From: Massalongia carnosa
Lineage: Eukaryota
DNA: 64,000 bases
Assembly (NCBI GenBank): GCA_965645245.1
Contig: OZ287070.1
Span: 1,054,001 to 1,118,000 of the forward strand
Direction: 5' to 3'
Part shown: positions 1-14,337 of the stretch, piece by piece
How positions within the stretch are numbered: the stretch's first letter is position 1
Layout of the letters: each line of letters opens with the position of its first letter
Translations under genes and position numbers: made by a program
The notes under the pieces: model-generated
Seen by the model: the letters and a program-made list of their open reading frames with translations, nothing else
What the model was told of the DNA's origin: nothing
The model's database searches: none

Positions 1-3000
1 TATGAAAATTCGATTGCGCCATGGAGAAGCATGAGCATCATGGGCGAATCATAGTAAGACGCGCCGAAATCGAAATATCCATCTTATAAGGCGAAACCCT
101 GTTTTACCACTATATTTATTTCCATGCTAGGTCCGTCGAGCTCTGGGTTATGGACAGTATGACTCTATCTACGATGCATGATCATGTTCATCCCGCTTCG
201 ACGTTTCCAACACCTCTCAGCTAGTGGGTCGGTTTCTCGTAGATTTGTTTTTATATCCAGTGCTAAGAGCGATTCATCTTCTAATTAACAGTGATCAATC
301 CGTAAGAAGACACCTCCGAGTGGATGGGGATGGTAAACGCCCCCAATGAGCACACCGTCCAACATCATCAAGTATGTGAAAAACGAATTCTTCATCTGCC
401 TCTCGTTTCAATCGAAAATTATGGTTTAATATTAGAAGCTCTTCTTGTGCTCGCTTTACCTGCTGAAACATGGTGATAATATTCTCTAGCGCTCGAGTTC
501 TTCACTTCTCAGCTGTTTTCGACAAAAACTTCGGTTCGATAATCTCGACTGCTGCGGGAAATTTATATGGAATGACTTCATGCCATCCATCGTAGGGCGC
601 AGTTACAGCACGGTGGGAATGAGTTCAACCCAGGCCGCAGAATAGAAATGATTATCCTCACCACTTTTAGCCACATGTAGGCCCTGAACTAGTCTCTTCA
701 TAGAACAATAGCATCAGCCCGACAACACTGTGCCGCTGATCAGGTTAATCCCACAGGTGGAATTGTTTTTTTGTGTGTGGCAAAAAATTTTCGCTTTTGA
801 AAAGATTTCTTGATGCGTAAGTTGTAACGTCTTGGAAAGCTGTCGTACGGGTTTCGACAAGCTAGCCCTGAGCGGATTTCCGCAAAGGAGAGCATGAGTT
901 CGAGTGCACGAGAGAAGAAGCGAGAAATGGGACGGGGTAAGAGCCTCATCGCTCTGCTCGTTTCTTCGATTCAACTCTTCTTCCGAGTTCTGTTCTCTTG
1001 GTTTCGGGAAGCATGCCTTGATACTCCTTGTACGCATGCTTCGATAGATTTAATGCATACAGCATTGCTCTATGTCTATAGCAGGCGCTCGATTTCTTTG
1101 CGATTTCGCTGATATCCTTGATTGATACTGGCTCTTCTTGCAGGTACATCCGTACTCTACCACGGACAACTCATCTACCATTTAACCTTGCAATTTCCTC
1201 TATAGATTCTAATCTGTCATGGTCTTCGTCCTGGGCACTTGGGACCTAAATTTATACGAATGGGTGTATTCCTCTCAACCCATACGCGCTTTCTTGTCAA
1301 GCCGGAGAATCAGAATCATGAAATCCCCTGCATATAGCTCCGATGAGTAGTAGGGAGTACAAGTGCTTTGCTAAGTGTCACACAGCAGTCGTCGGCAGTA
1401 ATGGGAATATATTGCAGTGGTTAGTTCGAGCCACAGTAGATGTTTCTCCTTCGTACATTCGTTTCAAAATATATAGCTATCAAATCCTTACACTTTCCAC
1501 CAGAGCAACGGCAGGGATAGAACATCTAAGGAGTTGGGCTGCTTCTGCTTTGAGGCCTTATATAATCGTGAAAGCTTATACGCTTAGAGTTTCTTAGGGT
1601 TGAAACGGCTTTCATCATACTAATTTTAAGATCAAGTTAGATATTTAAATATCATATAGACAGATTCAGGGATTTTTTGCGTTATGGTTAGTGTTTATTG
1701 TTTATGTTGAAGATAGACAAGAAATGTAGACGAATAATTAAAGCGATGAAAAAGATTTGAGATGAGAATTAAAAGTCATGCAACATAGAATTACAATCTA
1801 AAGTGATATCTTATATACCGTATGCTTAGTAAATTTTGCGAAAGGGCAGAATTATGCGTGGAAGAGAGAATGTCAACTCCAATACCTGTAGACGTCTACA
1901 TATTGCGTCATTGTATCGAATGTATGTGTATCTAGACTTTGTTTGGACTGGCTCCCTCGTCTTGACTTGGAGCAATCAAAATGTCCACTTCCTCGATATT
2001 CGCAAAGAGCAAACTCCAAGAAAGTTGGCTGAGCTGAACTTCAATATTTCCAGCAGCATGTCCAGTTGTTGCTTCACCTCGAGTTCATAGCTCACTGGTT
2101 TACGACCTTTCCGTGCATTTTCTGCGAGCCTTCAAAGAGCTTTGCAATATAAGTATTAGGAAAGATATTCCATCCCGAATGAGCCAAGATGACGGTCGAA
2201 CCAACTAGTTGGCTGATTGGCCGTAGGCAAATCAGTGGACCTCCGCACCCCCGACTGATAGACCTCCCACCGGCCAATGGCGCCCTGTCTATCTCGGTTT
2301 TTTTCATCGCCTCCGTTCTTTTAGCAACTGGGAAACCAGCTCGGCTAGTATCCTTTTCTTTATCTTGGTTACCTTCCAATTAGGGGAGTCACCTTTTGTC
2401 AAAATAAAGTCTCGCAATCTCTAGCTCTTGGCATTATATCTGCTGCTCCCTTACTTTGGCTTCTCTTTCAAAAGCGCGTTGAAAAGTACGGAAAAAATAT
2501 CTGAAGTCAGATGAAATGAGAAGAGCGTAGAAAGACATAAGACAGAGTAGCGAGAAAGAAAGGTAAAGGAAATCGTGCTACCTTCAATATTAATGTGCAT
2601 CGCATTGATCATCCTTTGTTTAATAAGTGTCTGTAAAGGAGAGGACAGATGAGCAAAATGACCTTGGAGAATATTGGCTGATGGCTTGATCATTCGTTTA
2701 GGATCTGTTGATTGTGGAATTGTTGAGCACATACTGCTCCAACAATGATATTCGATTCTGATTTCTTGTATGCTTCGAGATGAAACCATCTTCAAGTTAG
2801 CAATAAGTAAAAAACTGTTGCCTTGTGCTGTTGGAATAGCAGATCTTGCTGCAGCTGATTACTCTAGTCCCCCTTGGGAGTGGGATATGTATTCCATAAC
2901 TAGTAAAAGGCCGCCGGATTTGGCTTTTCTTGGATCAATTAACTCAGGTCTTGTGAAGCAACCCCCTTTATTGGACCTCGCATGCTGCTTTTCTGCAGCG

Positions 3001-6000
3001 TGGCCCTCCTCCATTCAAGCTAATACGATCCGCAATGTATTGATTGCAAAATACCTAGATCTCCCTGGGCTGTCTTTTATCACATTTGAAAGAAGCACGT
3101 AGAGCTGAGGGTTTTTGTTTATTCTAAAACTCCAAAGCCGAACCTTTATTCTATAGGCTTCAAGTTTTGAGGACATAAAGAGCTAAATGGGCTTAGTGTG
3201 AGATGGAATCAGCGTAATGAAAGCGTCTTGTACTGCTCGCGCTCCAGAATCAGAGATCACGCTCATGCGGCTGTAACATCCTAACTGTGGTATTTCTCAT
3301 GGGAGTTTTAGACACTTGCTTAGAATCATTAGTAAGTCAATCAATGTCTCCAGCGACGAGACGGGGTGACTAAAAAGCCGTCAGGAGGGAACCCAAGCGT
3401 TTTTCTGTCCTCTTCACATGACAATATGACGTATAAATTAAGAGCATGTCTATTATAGCACCACCTGAACCTTGATCTCTCGAATGTGATTGTTGAAAGC
3501 TCCGACAAAAACTTTCGTCGAGTGGTCATTAATGTTCTTTCTTTATGGGGATTACACAATTCAATTGAGTGCGGAAGCGATGGCGTAGAAAGAGCTTTTG
3601 CGTTATCTTCTTCTACGATCTGAAAGCTGTGGTTTCATTAAAAGACTGATGACTTGGAAATGGTGCACTCCCCTTCTTCACAGTCCCCCGTTTTCTGATT
3701 CGCGATTTTCTATCCCGGCACTAAACAATATTTAGATTTGCTCAGAAAGTTTGCAAAGCTTCCATTTTATAATATAAATCCAAACCTTTTCAAAAGAGTT
3801 GTGTGCGGAATCGATTTCAATTGATGAAAGAGGGATATCGCTACAAGGACCCCGAAATAAACCTTTCACAATACACATTGTGCTCGTTTTACACATCCGT
3901 GAGTATTTTTTACGGATTCTCCAGGAATTTCTTATACTTGACTGGCATGTCTTTCAAATGCGAACGAGTGTAGACTCGGAAATTTCCTTCCTCAAGGGCA
4001 TCGTTCTTCTTGTAACTCATTCTTAGTTATATATAAACACTTTTAACCTTCGTTTTAAACAGCAAGAATAGAACATCCTTGAAAATCTCGTTCTTCCTGT
4101 TAGTAACATTTAATTCTGTGGGAATCTCTACCAAGCAAAGTTTGCTCTTGCTGAAGATGAAGATGAAGTTCGGAAAACGTTGGGAGGATTGGGTCGAGCC
4201 ATTGATGCTTTTGAGTGATAGACTGATGCTTTCAGGAGTCGTCGGACAAGCTTGTTATTCAGGTTCCGTGGCTCTTGAAATGCCTTCTCCATAAAAGAGA
4301 AAGTGGTTGAATAGAAAGCTTTGTCGTCAATTAGGGTCAAGAAACACGAGCCCATCAACTTGAACGTTGAAAGGTTTTCCGAGTTGATGAAAATCCGACA
4401 AACAAGATCAATAACATTGGCTATTACCGAAGCGCTCCCAAGAACCCCCGGGTCTATATTCTTTTACTTACTATATATCTTTGTTGATCGCGCTCCCGCG
4501 AAAACTTATCCTGAAATGGTCGTAGACCTATCTCGTTTTTGATTTCCTGATGTCCCCGTACAATCTTCATAAGATTTGCCTTCTATTCGTTGCATCGGTT
4601 TACTTATGTTTTTTCTGTTTATCACACCAATCATTACAGTTTTATTTAAAAAAAAGACACGTCGATCAATATCATAAACCTACTCCTTCGGGCCGTCAAG
4701 ATCCTCATGAACCGAAAGATTATCATGCGAATTTATGGGTTATCGGAATCTTCCACGCCAGGAAATGCCATACAGGCGTTTAGATCCTCGTTGATAAGTG
4801 ATGATATTTTCTTCCACTATCATCGGAAGCTTCACCTTTTTTACTGTCCCCACGTGCTACTCCACCGTGAATGGCACAAATCTAGCTGAGACCCGGTGGA
4901 GCTTATATGGAATTTCATCACCTCCAGCAGAGTGGCCAATGTTTCCGCAATTCTCAATTGAACGTCGAGTGCGGCGCGCGCGAGGTTCCACTTTTCCAAC
5001 ACTCGCAATTTGGCACTTACTTACTGAGTATTCCAGTAAACGGGGAAGAATCTCAAGTCTATCCACATCTTATTTGGGACGAAACTGAGGTCTGATGTGC
5101 TGACTTTTGCCGACTTTTGCCGTTCAGAAAGCCTTCCCTTAAAACTGTAGCAAGCAGCCAACCACAAGTGGGAAACAGGCTTCCGACTCCGAACAGCAGC
5201 GCTGGATGAACAGTACTGGCGTACTTCCATCTGAATGCAACGCAACCTCGGAAATTTTCGTCAACTTCCAATTACGCTTCATGTAAGTCCTAATCTAAGA
5301 GAAAACTGCTCATGTTAAAGATGACCTATAAAAAACCTCTGAAATGAGCGGAAATTATAGCAGTCCTTCAGATTTATCTTCAAAGGACGGTAAGATAGGA
5401 ATTTGATTTGTACGTCTGAGATATGCCGAAGATTATGGGAACCCAGGGCTGCAGTAAGAAACCAGAACTTGTATTTGAAAGTTTGGTCAAGAAGCAGATA
5501 GATAAAGTATCACCAGTCTTCTTTCGATTAAATCGTACCAATTCATCAATTTTTAATAGTTCTCTTCTGAAATCCTTTGAAAGACCCTTCACTCGGAAAA
5601 CTCAGAAGACGTTTATTTATCCATCCCCAAATATCAAGGCATCGTCAACAAAACCTTTATCTTCAAAACTTGAGCTAACAAGGATCTTTAAAGATCAAGC
5701 AACATCATCTTTCGAAATTGAGCTTTCATGCTTAACCCCAGCCAGGCTCATGATATTTCCCGAAGTCGTGTTTACCTACGCCAATTTCGATATTTGATTG
5801 ATGTGGACTAAATATCTTGTTTCTTTTTCATTCTTCTAGCCTTTACTCAAAAAGAGTGACAAAGAATCTCAGATATGATGACAAAAAATGCCCAAGGCAA
5901 AAAATAGAGATCGGTTCACTCAACGGTGGATCCAGCAGTAGGCCACACAGGTTGGAGGCGGTGAGGTTCGTTACTTGAAGGCAGTATCAATATCACTGCC

Positions 6001-9000
6001 ACGGAAACCTCAAGGCTATGACGATGGTAAGGGACGAGAGGTCTTATACAAAGAACCATTAAATGCGCGGTGAGATAGCGAATGAAACATCAGAGGGCGC
6101 ACTTTCATGTCGGAAGGAGCATGAAAGCACTTAGAAATTTGATATAGGCTGTAGTATAAAAAGCTAAGGAAAAAGAAGGAGAAAAATACCAAAGTTCTCA
6201 GGAGCATTGTCCCTCATAATCTGGCCGCCGACCGTTGTACAGCGTGCGTGTTCACGGCTTAGATGTACTTGAAAATAGATAGGCCCTGTATTATAAAACC
6301 TCTTAAACACGCAAGTGCTGATCGATAAGCTGACAGCGCTCCTTTACTACCGGTTGCTTCTTGCCTCAAGGTTGTAGCGGAAAGTGATTTTAGGCACTTT
6401 CTGGTGTCGCAGTTTAAGGGTTGGTTGATAGTCAACCCGCTCCGAGACTGAAAACAGCCTCGAGAACGTGCCGGAGCAGAATCCGTCTCTTTCGCCATGG
6501 GATCTCTTAGCATTTGTTGACCCTGAAGTTATCAAGAAGCCCAATTCGGCCACCTCCTCCAACAGCCGGGAAACAGTCCTTGAAATTGAGGATGAACCAA
6601 TCAAATGTTGACATAAGATTAGATATTATTCATGAAAAAAAACTAGGACCTAGAGGTCCTTCTCCTTGACGTAAGCAGCTCACTTCTGAACCGGCACGCC
6701 ACTCGCTCTCAAATACCTCAGTCATCGAGGGCTTGAAGCATCACAAACAGAAATAGACCTTAGGGGTAGTCTCTGCTCGTATTGATTTCCAAAGAACTCA
6801 TCGATTACAATTTGCTCTCTTATGGAAGCTAGATTTCAGTCCAGAGAAATGATAGATTGAAATGTGTCCGATATCATGAAGAACCGGCATGGTCTCGACT
6901 AGACTAGGCTTCCCTTATAGGGCGAAAAACTCATAGATGATTCAGACTCTTTCCTTGTATATATAATGCCGATCGATGTTCCGCAGGAAAATAACACGTC
7001 CCAAATCTTGGACCTTTTAGCCCGAAGCAGCAGTCTCTGTACTTTTCCAAAGTCATACGATACCGGCAGGTGATTGTGGTTCAAGTATATAGCTGCAGGA
7101 GAGAGAAATGATAAATTTTGAGTAGTCATTTATAGATTTTTGTTTTGTAGAGTTGTAAACTGAATGTCTGTCCATCAGCTAGTTGACCTAGGTTTTTTAC
7201 TTTCCGATATTGTAGATATACGCAGCACGTGGCTCGTTACTGGTGAAACTATACGTGTTGAAACTGCCTCTTGGTAAAAGTAGCTAGGGAAACCCTTAAA
7301 GCAGCCTTGGCGCTCTCTGTGGCTTGTCTGGATTGGATCCAACCTTTCGAATGTGCTTTGTGATTCATAGATTTTCATATCAATGATAATATTTAGTAAG
7401 GTACTGATATATCATTTTTGCGATAGCCACCGTAGACTTCCAGATAGAGGAGTTTGCTCGTTAGTAACATCGACAAAAGCTAGGTTCCCTCAATTGCAAT
7501 TTCTTCCTAGGTCTAACCTTTGAAACGATGCCACTCATGGGTGTTCCGAGGCCTTGAGATTGTGCTGCCAGACATGATGAGTGAAAATGAGGGAGCCCTC
7601 AGTCCATCGGCAATATTTACGAAATCATATTTGACCACTTTTAGACGAGTCTTTTTCTCCATAGGTTTTGTTTCAAAAGCTAACTCTGAACGCCGATGGG
7701 GTCAAATTCAGAATAAGGTCAATTTATACGTCATCTGGCGACGAATAAATCGGCGAGACTTCCAGGAGGATAACATGGTAAGTTCTAATATCGCCGTAAA
7801 GCATTGATAGATTGCTACAGAACCTTTGAGATTCGATGTCCACAGGTGTGAAATTTGTGACAAAGAGAAAAATGTCTCGAAGGTCTCCCTATCTATAATA
7901 TAATACTGAGAATCCATAATAAGAAAAATACTCCAGCGCGGGCTCTTCCTCTCAGCAGACGGTGCTAGCCAGAATCTTTAACGAGAGAACTTACTCCAAC
8001 ATCAGGGTTTGCAGATCTATCGACGATGGCTTGGTTTATTCTTGGTATCGCTTTTGTGATGGCTGAAGGCGGCGACGAGCTTTCGAACAGTATTAAAAAG
8101 ATGTGAGTTCGTGCTTGACGATAGCAGACTAGGTAAAATCCATTAATTTAATGAATCGATAACTTTAGCAATACAAGATACAATGCACCACAAATGTAAC
8201 ATAACATCTGACTGGGAAGGTGATATCGTCAACAGAATTTCTCTCATGTCATTATGCTCCTGACCTAACGAGTATACTATGCCCTTCAGCTCGTCCAATT
8301 TGAAGCTCGAATTCATAATCTCATCCTGGTGCGGCAGTTAGATTCTGAAGCTGGAATTGTTGTGTCATTCAATGTTGGCAGTGCTCTCTCATCTTGAATT
8401 GTAATGGAATTGTTTTGTATCAAGACATCCTTTTGCAGCCTCAGATTTCTCACCCAAACCATGGTTATCAATGAGAATAGTCCTCAGCCAACTACGCTCT
8501 TTGGCGCTCTTGGATTTTGCGTCTTGCATCCTCATGAAATATGGTCTATTCACAATGCCCAGGGAGCGGTCTTTTTCGTTTTCGGCCATTTAGTTCTAAT
8601 ATGTCACCTTACACCCTGAGGTTTGATTAAATGCGACAGAGCCCGAGAGCCAGGGTAATCTATACCAGTTATTAGCCGAACTTCTTATTTGAAAACTCGA
8701 TCAACTCATCTATAATATCTTCGAGTCACTGATTCTCTCAGATAGAAAACGTAACTTCAGACTCTGAACAGCGTTTAACACTAGCCCGCTTCAAGAGCCC
8801 AGTCCAGGAGGGAGGAGGAGGAGGAGGAGGAGGATGAGAAGGATGCGAAGGCGGAAGGAAGGAGACGCTCTGAGAGGAGGGCTAGGGAGAATTATAAAAG
8901 GGACCAAGCCGGGACATCAGAGAATAGAGACCGTGAGCTAAGCTGAGGACGCGACCACGAAGGGGGGAAGGAATGACGCTACCCGGGGTTGGGAAGGAAA

Positions 9001-12000
9001 CTGCAACAAAGCTCCGAAAAATCGCGCCGGCGATATTCAATTTGGAATGAAAAAGCAAATTGGTTTGAATGTAAAAGCAGAATCACGTGTCGATAAAAAC
9101 GCTTCATTCGATTTCCGTCAAGAATTTCTTCGTTCGAGCGCATGCACAAATAATAAAGTGATTCACATCAGCCAGTATCGCAAACAGAACTTGATCGAAC
9201 ATGATGAATAGAAGCGTTTCGAATTCTACAAAAAGAAAGGGTTGGAAACGAGCTGTTTTCAAGCGACGCCCAACCTTTCCTTTAGCCGACGCAAGTCCTC
9301 GCGCGTAACGGGCCTCTCTTAACCCCAGAAGGAGCAGAGGCATAAGTTTTGCTTGATTATTATAAAAGTTCTTTTGCTTACCAGCTGCTGATACTAGTTA
9401 TGTTTGTCTTTGTCTGTTGCTCGCTCAGTCTTCAAACGATCAATGCGGTGAAGAGTACCCTGCAAGAGCAGGTCGTCTGAATCCCGGAGGTTATCGTAAG
9501 CTCCCTTTCCTATCCTAGAGTATTTTGCAGCAGAAGAGGATTGTTGTAGCAGAAAGAAGTAATTGAAAGCACAATTTTGATTAATCCATTTCACATGGGG
9601 GCTTCCAGCGCTGGCACTCCAGACCATCCACGGTTGCTTCTTTCATCCATTCTCATTCCTGTGGTGTGCATTATCTAGTAGGTCAATCAAGCCACCAATT
9701 ATTACTTGAATGAGAAATCGAGAAGAAGTAAGAGGAACGTCGGGTTGAAGCCTGGAGTCTTCAGGCACAAATAAAAGGGTCGATTGGGGTTTTCTTTGAG
9801 AGGTACCTCTATCACTGGCGTATTCAGCTAACTCACGGTTTCTCGTAACGCTAGAAGCACGCCCGAGAGCTTTCAGTCATTAGTCTAACTTGTTCTGTTC
9901 GTATATTTCGCAGTCAGGCAACACCAAGGGCAGAGAACGTTGACAAGTTGCCGCGCCGTCAAATGCAATGCAGAACTAAAGAAAAGGCAACGAAAAGAAG
10001 AAATCGATCATTCTGGAGCCTAGTCTCCCAACAGACACTCACCGAAGCCGAAACATCATCCAAACTAACCCAGGAAGGTTGGAGTTGTTCGCCAACCGAA
10101 GCACGGCATCGGCTAATTCATTGGTTTCTCGAATTATTTCTCCAGCCAACTGCGTCAACCATCCACATCCTTAGTAAGATATAATGGCTTCAATACACAA
10201 AAAGAGAACATAAGATACCTCTTAGAGCAAACAACTGTATCTCGATAGGAACTTTTGATAGAGAAATAAAAGATACAACTAGATCCTAGCAGAAGAAAAT
10301 TTAATGATGTAAAACAAGTATCCCAAGAACTTCCAAGGTGAGCAATGAAGTATAAAATACTCAAGAAAAGAGACCAATCAAAGCGATCAGTGGAAGAGAG
10401 AGGGTTCAAGTGCCGCTTAGCCCATATAGCGGTGCTATTGCGTACCTTTTTTTGCTTTTCAAGTTTCCCTTAATCCCCCCCCACTGTGATTCACGATACG
10501 ATAAGACCCTCCGGTAATGCATTCTTCGGACGTGATTGGGATCTGGGCATGCCTATTCTAAAGGTTCTTGTAATCTCTACAATGAATTGGATATTTTCTT
10601 GTTGCTCCTGGACTCCTATGACAATGCAGATCCTCTTGGTGTGACACCGGTGGGCTTCTTCCATGGAGATGACGTTGGGAGAATGTTCTCGAGGTTGGTA
10701 ATGATGGCTGGCGTTGCTTGGTTTGTTATGAATAAAGCTCCCGCTGGCCGGGAGGAGCCTGAAAAGCCGCGATGGGCTTCTTCTTCAGCCGTATTCTTGG
10801 GACCTTGTCTCTCCGTCAATACCTGTACCTTGCTTGTGCAAATCAGGCTCCTCTGTGATCTTTTTGTCTTGTCTCGTGCTTTTTTGCAGAGCTGTTTTTC
10901 TTGTCCGATTCTATGATGAGATGCGTTGGCATCATAGTTGCCAAGACTCTCCCAATCGGTCTCTATCTGATCAAATACGACGTATTTCCTTACGTACCTA
11001 TATGTACATTCTCCGTACAAATTTTCGCTCAAGCCACCCTTGTATGAATTACCACGTTAGCATTCACCTCTATGGTTTCCACAGCAGATTCAAACTCGAT
11101 AGGATCTGCCTGTGAAGTTCGGCACACTCTCTGGCGTATAGTTATAGAAAATTGGATCATCAGTCGCAGTGTGATATGTTTAACTTGTAAATAAGTGAAA
11201 CTGATTCGGAAGGTATACTCAGATAGAAAGGCAAAAGTATTTTCACACAGCATATTCGAGGCTCCAGATCTGAACTAGTTCTTCTCTAACCTCATTCTTG
11301 AAAACGGGCTTTCTGAAATTTGTAAGGAAGGGCACAAATAGCTGTAATCGGTTAAGGCTGCTCAATGGGGACGAGATCTGTATATCCAGGAGTCACATCA
11401 AGAACCCAGAGGAGCGAGCTTTGTCGAGGAGAAGTATCATATAAAGAGCTAACTGCCTAGAAAGGACCCAACGCCGCCCTGAAGTATAGAGTATGTAAGA
11501 GTCCGTTGTGAGGTATTGCAGTGTTGAGCAGCAGGTCTCTTCCACATGGATAACAAAAAAAAACGAATGTTGTAGAGCGAACCCACACGTTCCAAGTTAG
11601 CTGAACCTGTGTATTAGAATCGATAACTGTACATTATGACTTTCACCGACATATAGCTTCTGTCCCTTATCCAAGCGTCTCAAGCATTAATACGGTATCT
11701 TGAGTCCTGGTGCTGCCTCTGCAACGACATATTTTGTGTATCGTAAAGTTATATTACATCATGTTAGATAGGTCTACAATCTCCACCAATGAGTTCTATC
11801 AAGTCTTGCTGACCTAGTAGGGCAATGACGGTGTATTAATTCCGCTTCTCTCCGCGAACAGCATTTTTGCTCTCGTTCTTGTTGACTAGTTCAAGAGCAA
11901 GTCAATAACTATTTGGATGATAGACTACAAGTACGAGAGAACTCTTCTAGTTCAAATAAAAAGCTCGAATATGGGGGGGAAGGAGTAGTTAACCATGACA

Positions 12001-12718
12001 GAGGTAGAGAACCCTTAAGAAAGAGAAGCAAATATACGAAATGCTCTAAACTGCAGAATGAGATCTCAGAAATGGAACCGATTATATGAGGTTGAGAGTG
12101 GTAATCACACTTTTTCCAGCGTCTTTTCTTTGGACGATTCAAAGTTTTATCAATCTGCTTTGCTTCAAGTTAAAATCGCTGGCTGGGTGCGGAGCGATAT
12201 CTCTGTGCTGAATTGACTGCCAGACAACTCTTATTTGGCTATCTCCTGTCGCCGGTAATTCATATTGATCGTATCATGATCATATAGAGGTAATTCCGTT
12301 AGGTGTAGCACGTTCAACCAATGAGTTTTTCCAATGTATCTCTATAAAAAGGCTCTGAGTTTTCCAGCACTTGAGTGACGATTAAGAAACTCAAACGCAA
12401 ATCAAAAAGAGAAGCTATATATAAGTAAAGACATATCTCGAGCGCAGGCAGAGAGACACATAGATTGAGGCTTTCATGATAATAGTATAGAAAAGAGGTG
12501 GGGAAAGAAAGAGGCTTTTAGTGATTTATGGAGAGTCATCGTATCCACATTTGATGAATAAATGCAGGCAGGTGAATAAGGCTTTTTGTAACCTTTACGG
12601 TGATAGCTTCGAAATGTATGTTGAGAAAAATCCCTTAGATCTTCTAGGTTGCTGACCAGGCGGAATACGTACACTAGATAGTAGTTCGAGAGCGCAGTAA
12701 AGCATGCCTTAGGAATAC

Positions 12719-13711
12719 TTAACTTGTCGCTAGCACTAGACCTTCAAGCAAAGCTTCTTTTTTCACCACATTTCCCGTTACTTCGCCGTCTATCGCCTCC
12801 CCCTTCAGCTCTGCACCTTGTTGCCTGTGTCTCTCCTCTCTTCTCTGTTCTACCCATTTCCCCAGCCCCTTCCAGATTTCCTCTTTCTCGTGTTTCTTCA
12901 TAGTCGCTGCCAGTCCACTGGTGGTAGTCGTCACAAAAACCCGCGCACCATCCCAAACCTGATCCCCATCATCAATCTTTCCCATCCTCTCACCCTCATC
13001 CTGCCATCCGTATTTAAACTGTTCTTTCCGAATCGCTCTCCCGTGCTTCACCCGCCATATACTTTCCCAAATACTCTTACCCACAATTGCGACCGCCTCG
13101 GGCTTATACAGCGCAATCTTCATCTCCAATTCCACGACAGAGTCGTCCATTTCCTGCTTGCATAGCTCACCGCCATCTTTAGTGGGACGCGAGACGATGT
13201 TGGTGAGACCGAGCCCGTAGAGGCGGGGCATATCACTGTCTTCCGCCGGGCGGCATAGTCGAGGCGTACAGCCGGAGCTGTGTACTAGTTTCCAGAAGAG
13301 GTTAGAGGGATGAGAATACGCGTGGCCGCTGGTTGCGGTTCGAATTCCAGGATTGAGACCGATGAAGAGACAGATAAGGTTTGGGGCGATGGAGTCGGTG
13401 AGATTGTTGACAAGATGAGCATATTTGCTCGGAGGAGCATAGCCAGAGGAGCGCTTGGGTTTTTTAAGAGGCGAGAACGTGGATGAGGAAAGTTTGGGTT
13501 TCTTAATAGAGGATACCTCGGGACCTACCCCGGAAGACTTGCGTTTGCTGGGGGTAGGAATCTGAATGCTTTGTCTTGCAGCTTTGGTGACAGGTTTAAT
13601 CACCTGTGAAGGGATGTCGAGGGTGTATTGCTTGAGGACACCTTTAAAACTTGAGAGTGTAGCGGGCTTGTCAGTTAGAGCCGGGGTTTCCTCTGATATG
13701 GGAGAAGTCAT
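12719..13711 (-). CDS. G/T(U) mismatch-specific thymine/uracil DNA glycosylase (TDG/MUG family)
   Basis: Intronless 330-aa ORF with the family-2 UDG motif FIGLNPG...GHAY...NLFWKL, plus GLTNIVSRPT, a TTSG motif and a basic Ser/Pro-rich N-terminus. Confidence 0.93.
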   Translation of the reverse strand: MTSPISEETPALTDKPATLSSFKGVLKQYTLDIPSQVIKPVTKAARQSIQIPTPSKRKSSGVGPEVSSIKKPKLSSSTFSPLKKPKRSSGYAPPSKYAHLVNNLTDSIAPNLICLFIGLNPGIRTATSGHAYSHPSNLFWKLVHSSGCTPRLCRPAEDSDMPRLYGLGLTNIVSRPTKDGGELCKQEMDDSVVELEMKIALYKPEAVAIVGKSIWESIWRVKHGRAIRKEQFKYGWQDEGERMGKIDDGDQVWDGARVFVTTTTSGLAATMKKHEKEEIWKGLGKWVEQRREERHRQQGAELKGEAIDGEVTGNVVKKEALLEGLVLATS

Positions 13712-14337
13712 GGATGAGGTTGTAAGGTGAATGGCCGCAGTTAGGTTGGGTTGGCATCAGCCAATTTCAACTAATACCTAAGAAAGAAGCTAGTCATTTC
13801 ATCCATCACCCTCTACGTAGTATAAAATGTACCCTTAAAAAATGGAATTTTTTGCTACATGCCACCTTACATTTCATTAAATGCTTTCTAAGGTTTAATC
13901 ACACGATGCGGAATATATTTTCGCAACTGGTTGTTACTGTCAAGTTGGAAAATAAAAAAGTGGGGTCAAATCGTTATCCACTGCCTGATAGATATACATA
14001 CAACAAGTGTTCTAAGGAATTTTGTATTAATGATCAAAGCATCTCAAATGGCTACCTCTCCATTCATTCGAACCCATATCCGCAATCATTTAGGCACTAT
14101 TGCCCATCGCCGCGGGAGAACAGAATCCCTTTTGGTAGCACTTTAGAAAAAGCGAACCCGGATGGCAATGCTTTATACTGCTAGCCAAATCCAGCGTCTA
14201 GTGAATCCGTAACTGCAGCTGGCTGTGCTTGAGGTATTGTAGCTGTCTTGGTAGGAAGTAGTGTTCCTGTCATTAGGGGATCCGGGACTGCCTCAACCGA
14301 GTTCAGGAAGCCTGTAAAGCCCTGAAAGCCGGCGACG

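Noticed and set aside
8808..8835. (GGA)n tract
   Set aside because: An ordinary microsatellite, possibly old poly-Pro coding; uninformative alone.
1..12500. Starship giant transposon
   Set aside because: No tyrosine-recombinase (DUF3435) gene or boundary repeat is recognisable in the window; kept only as an unexplained decayed block.
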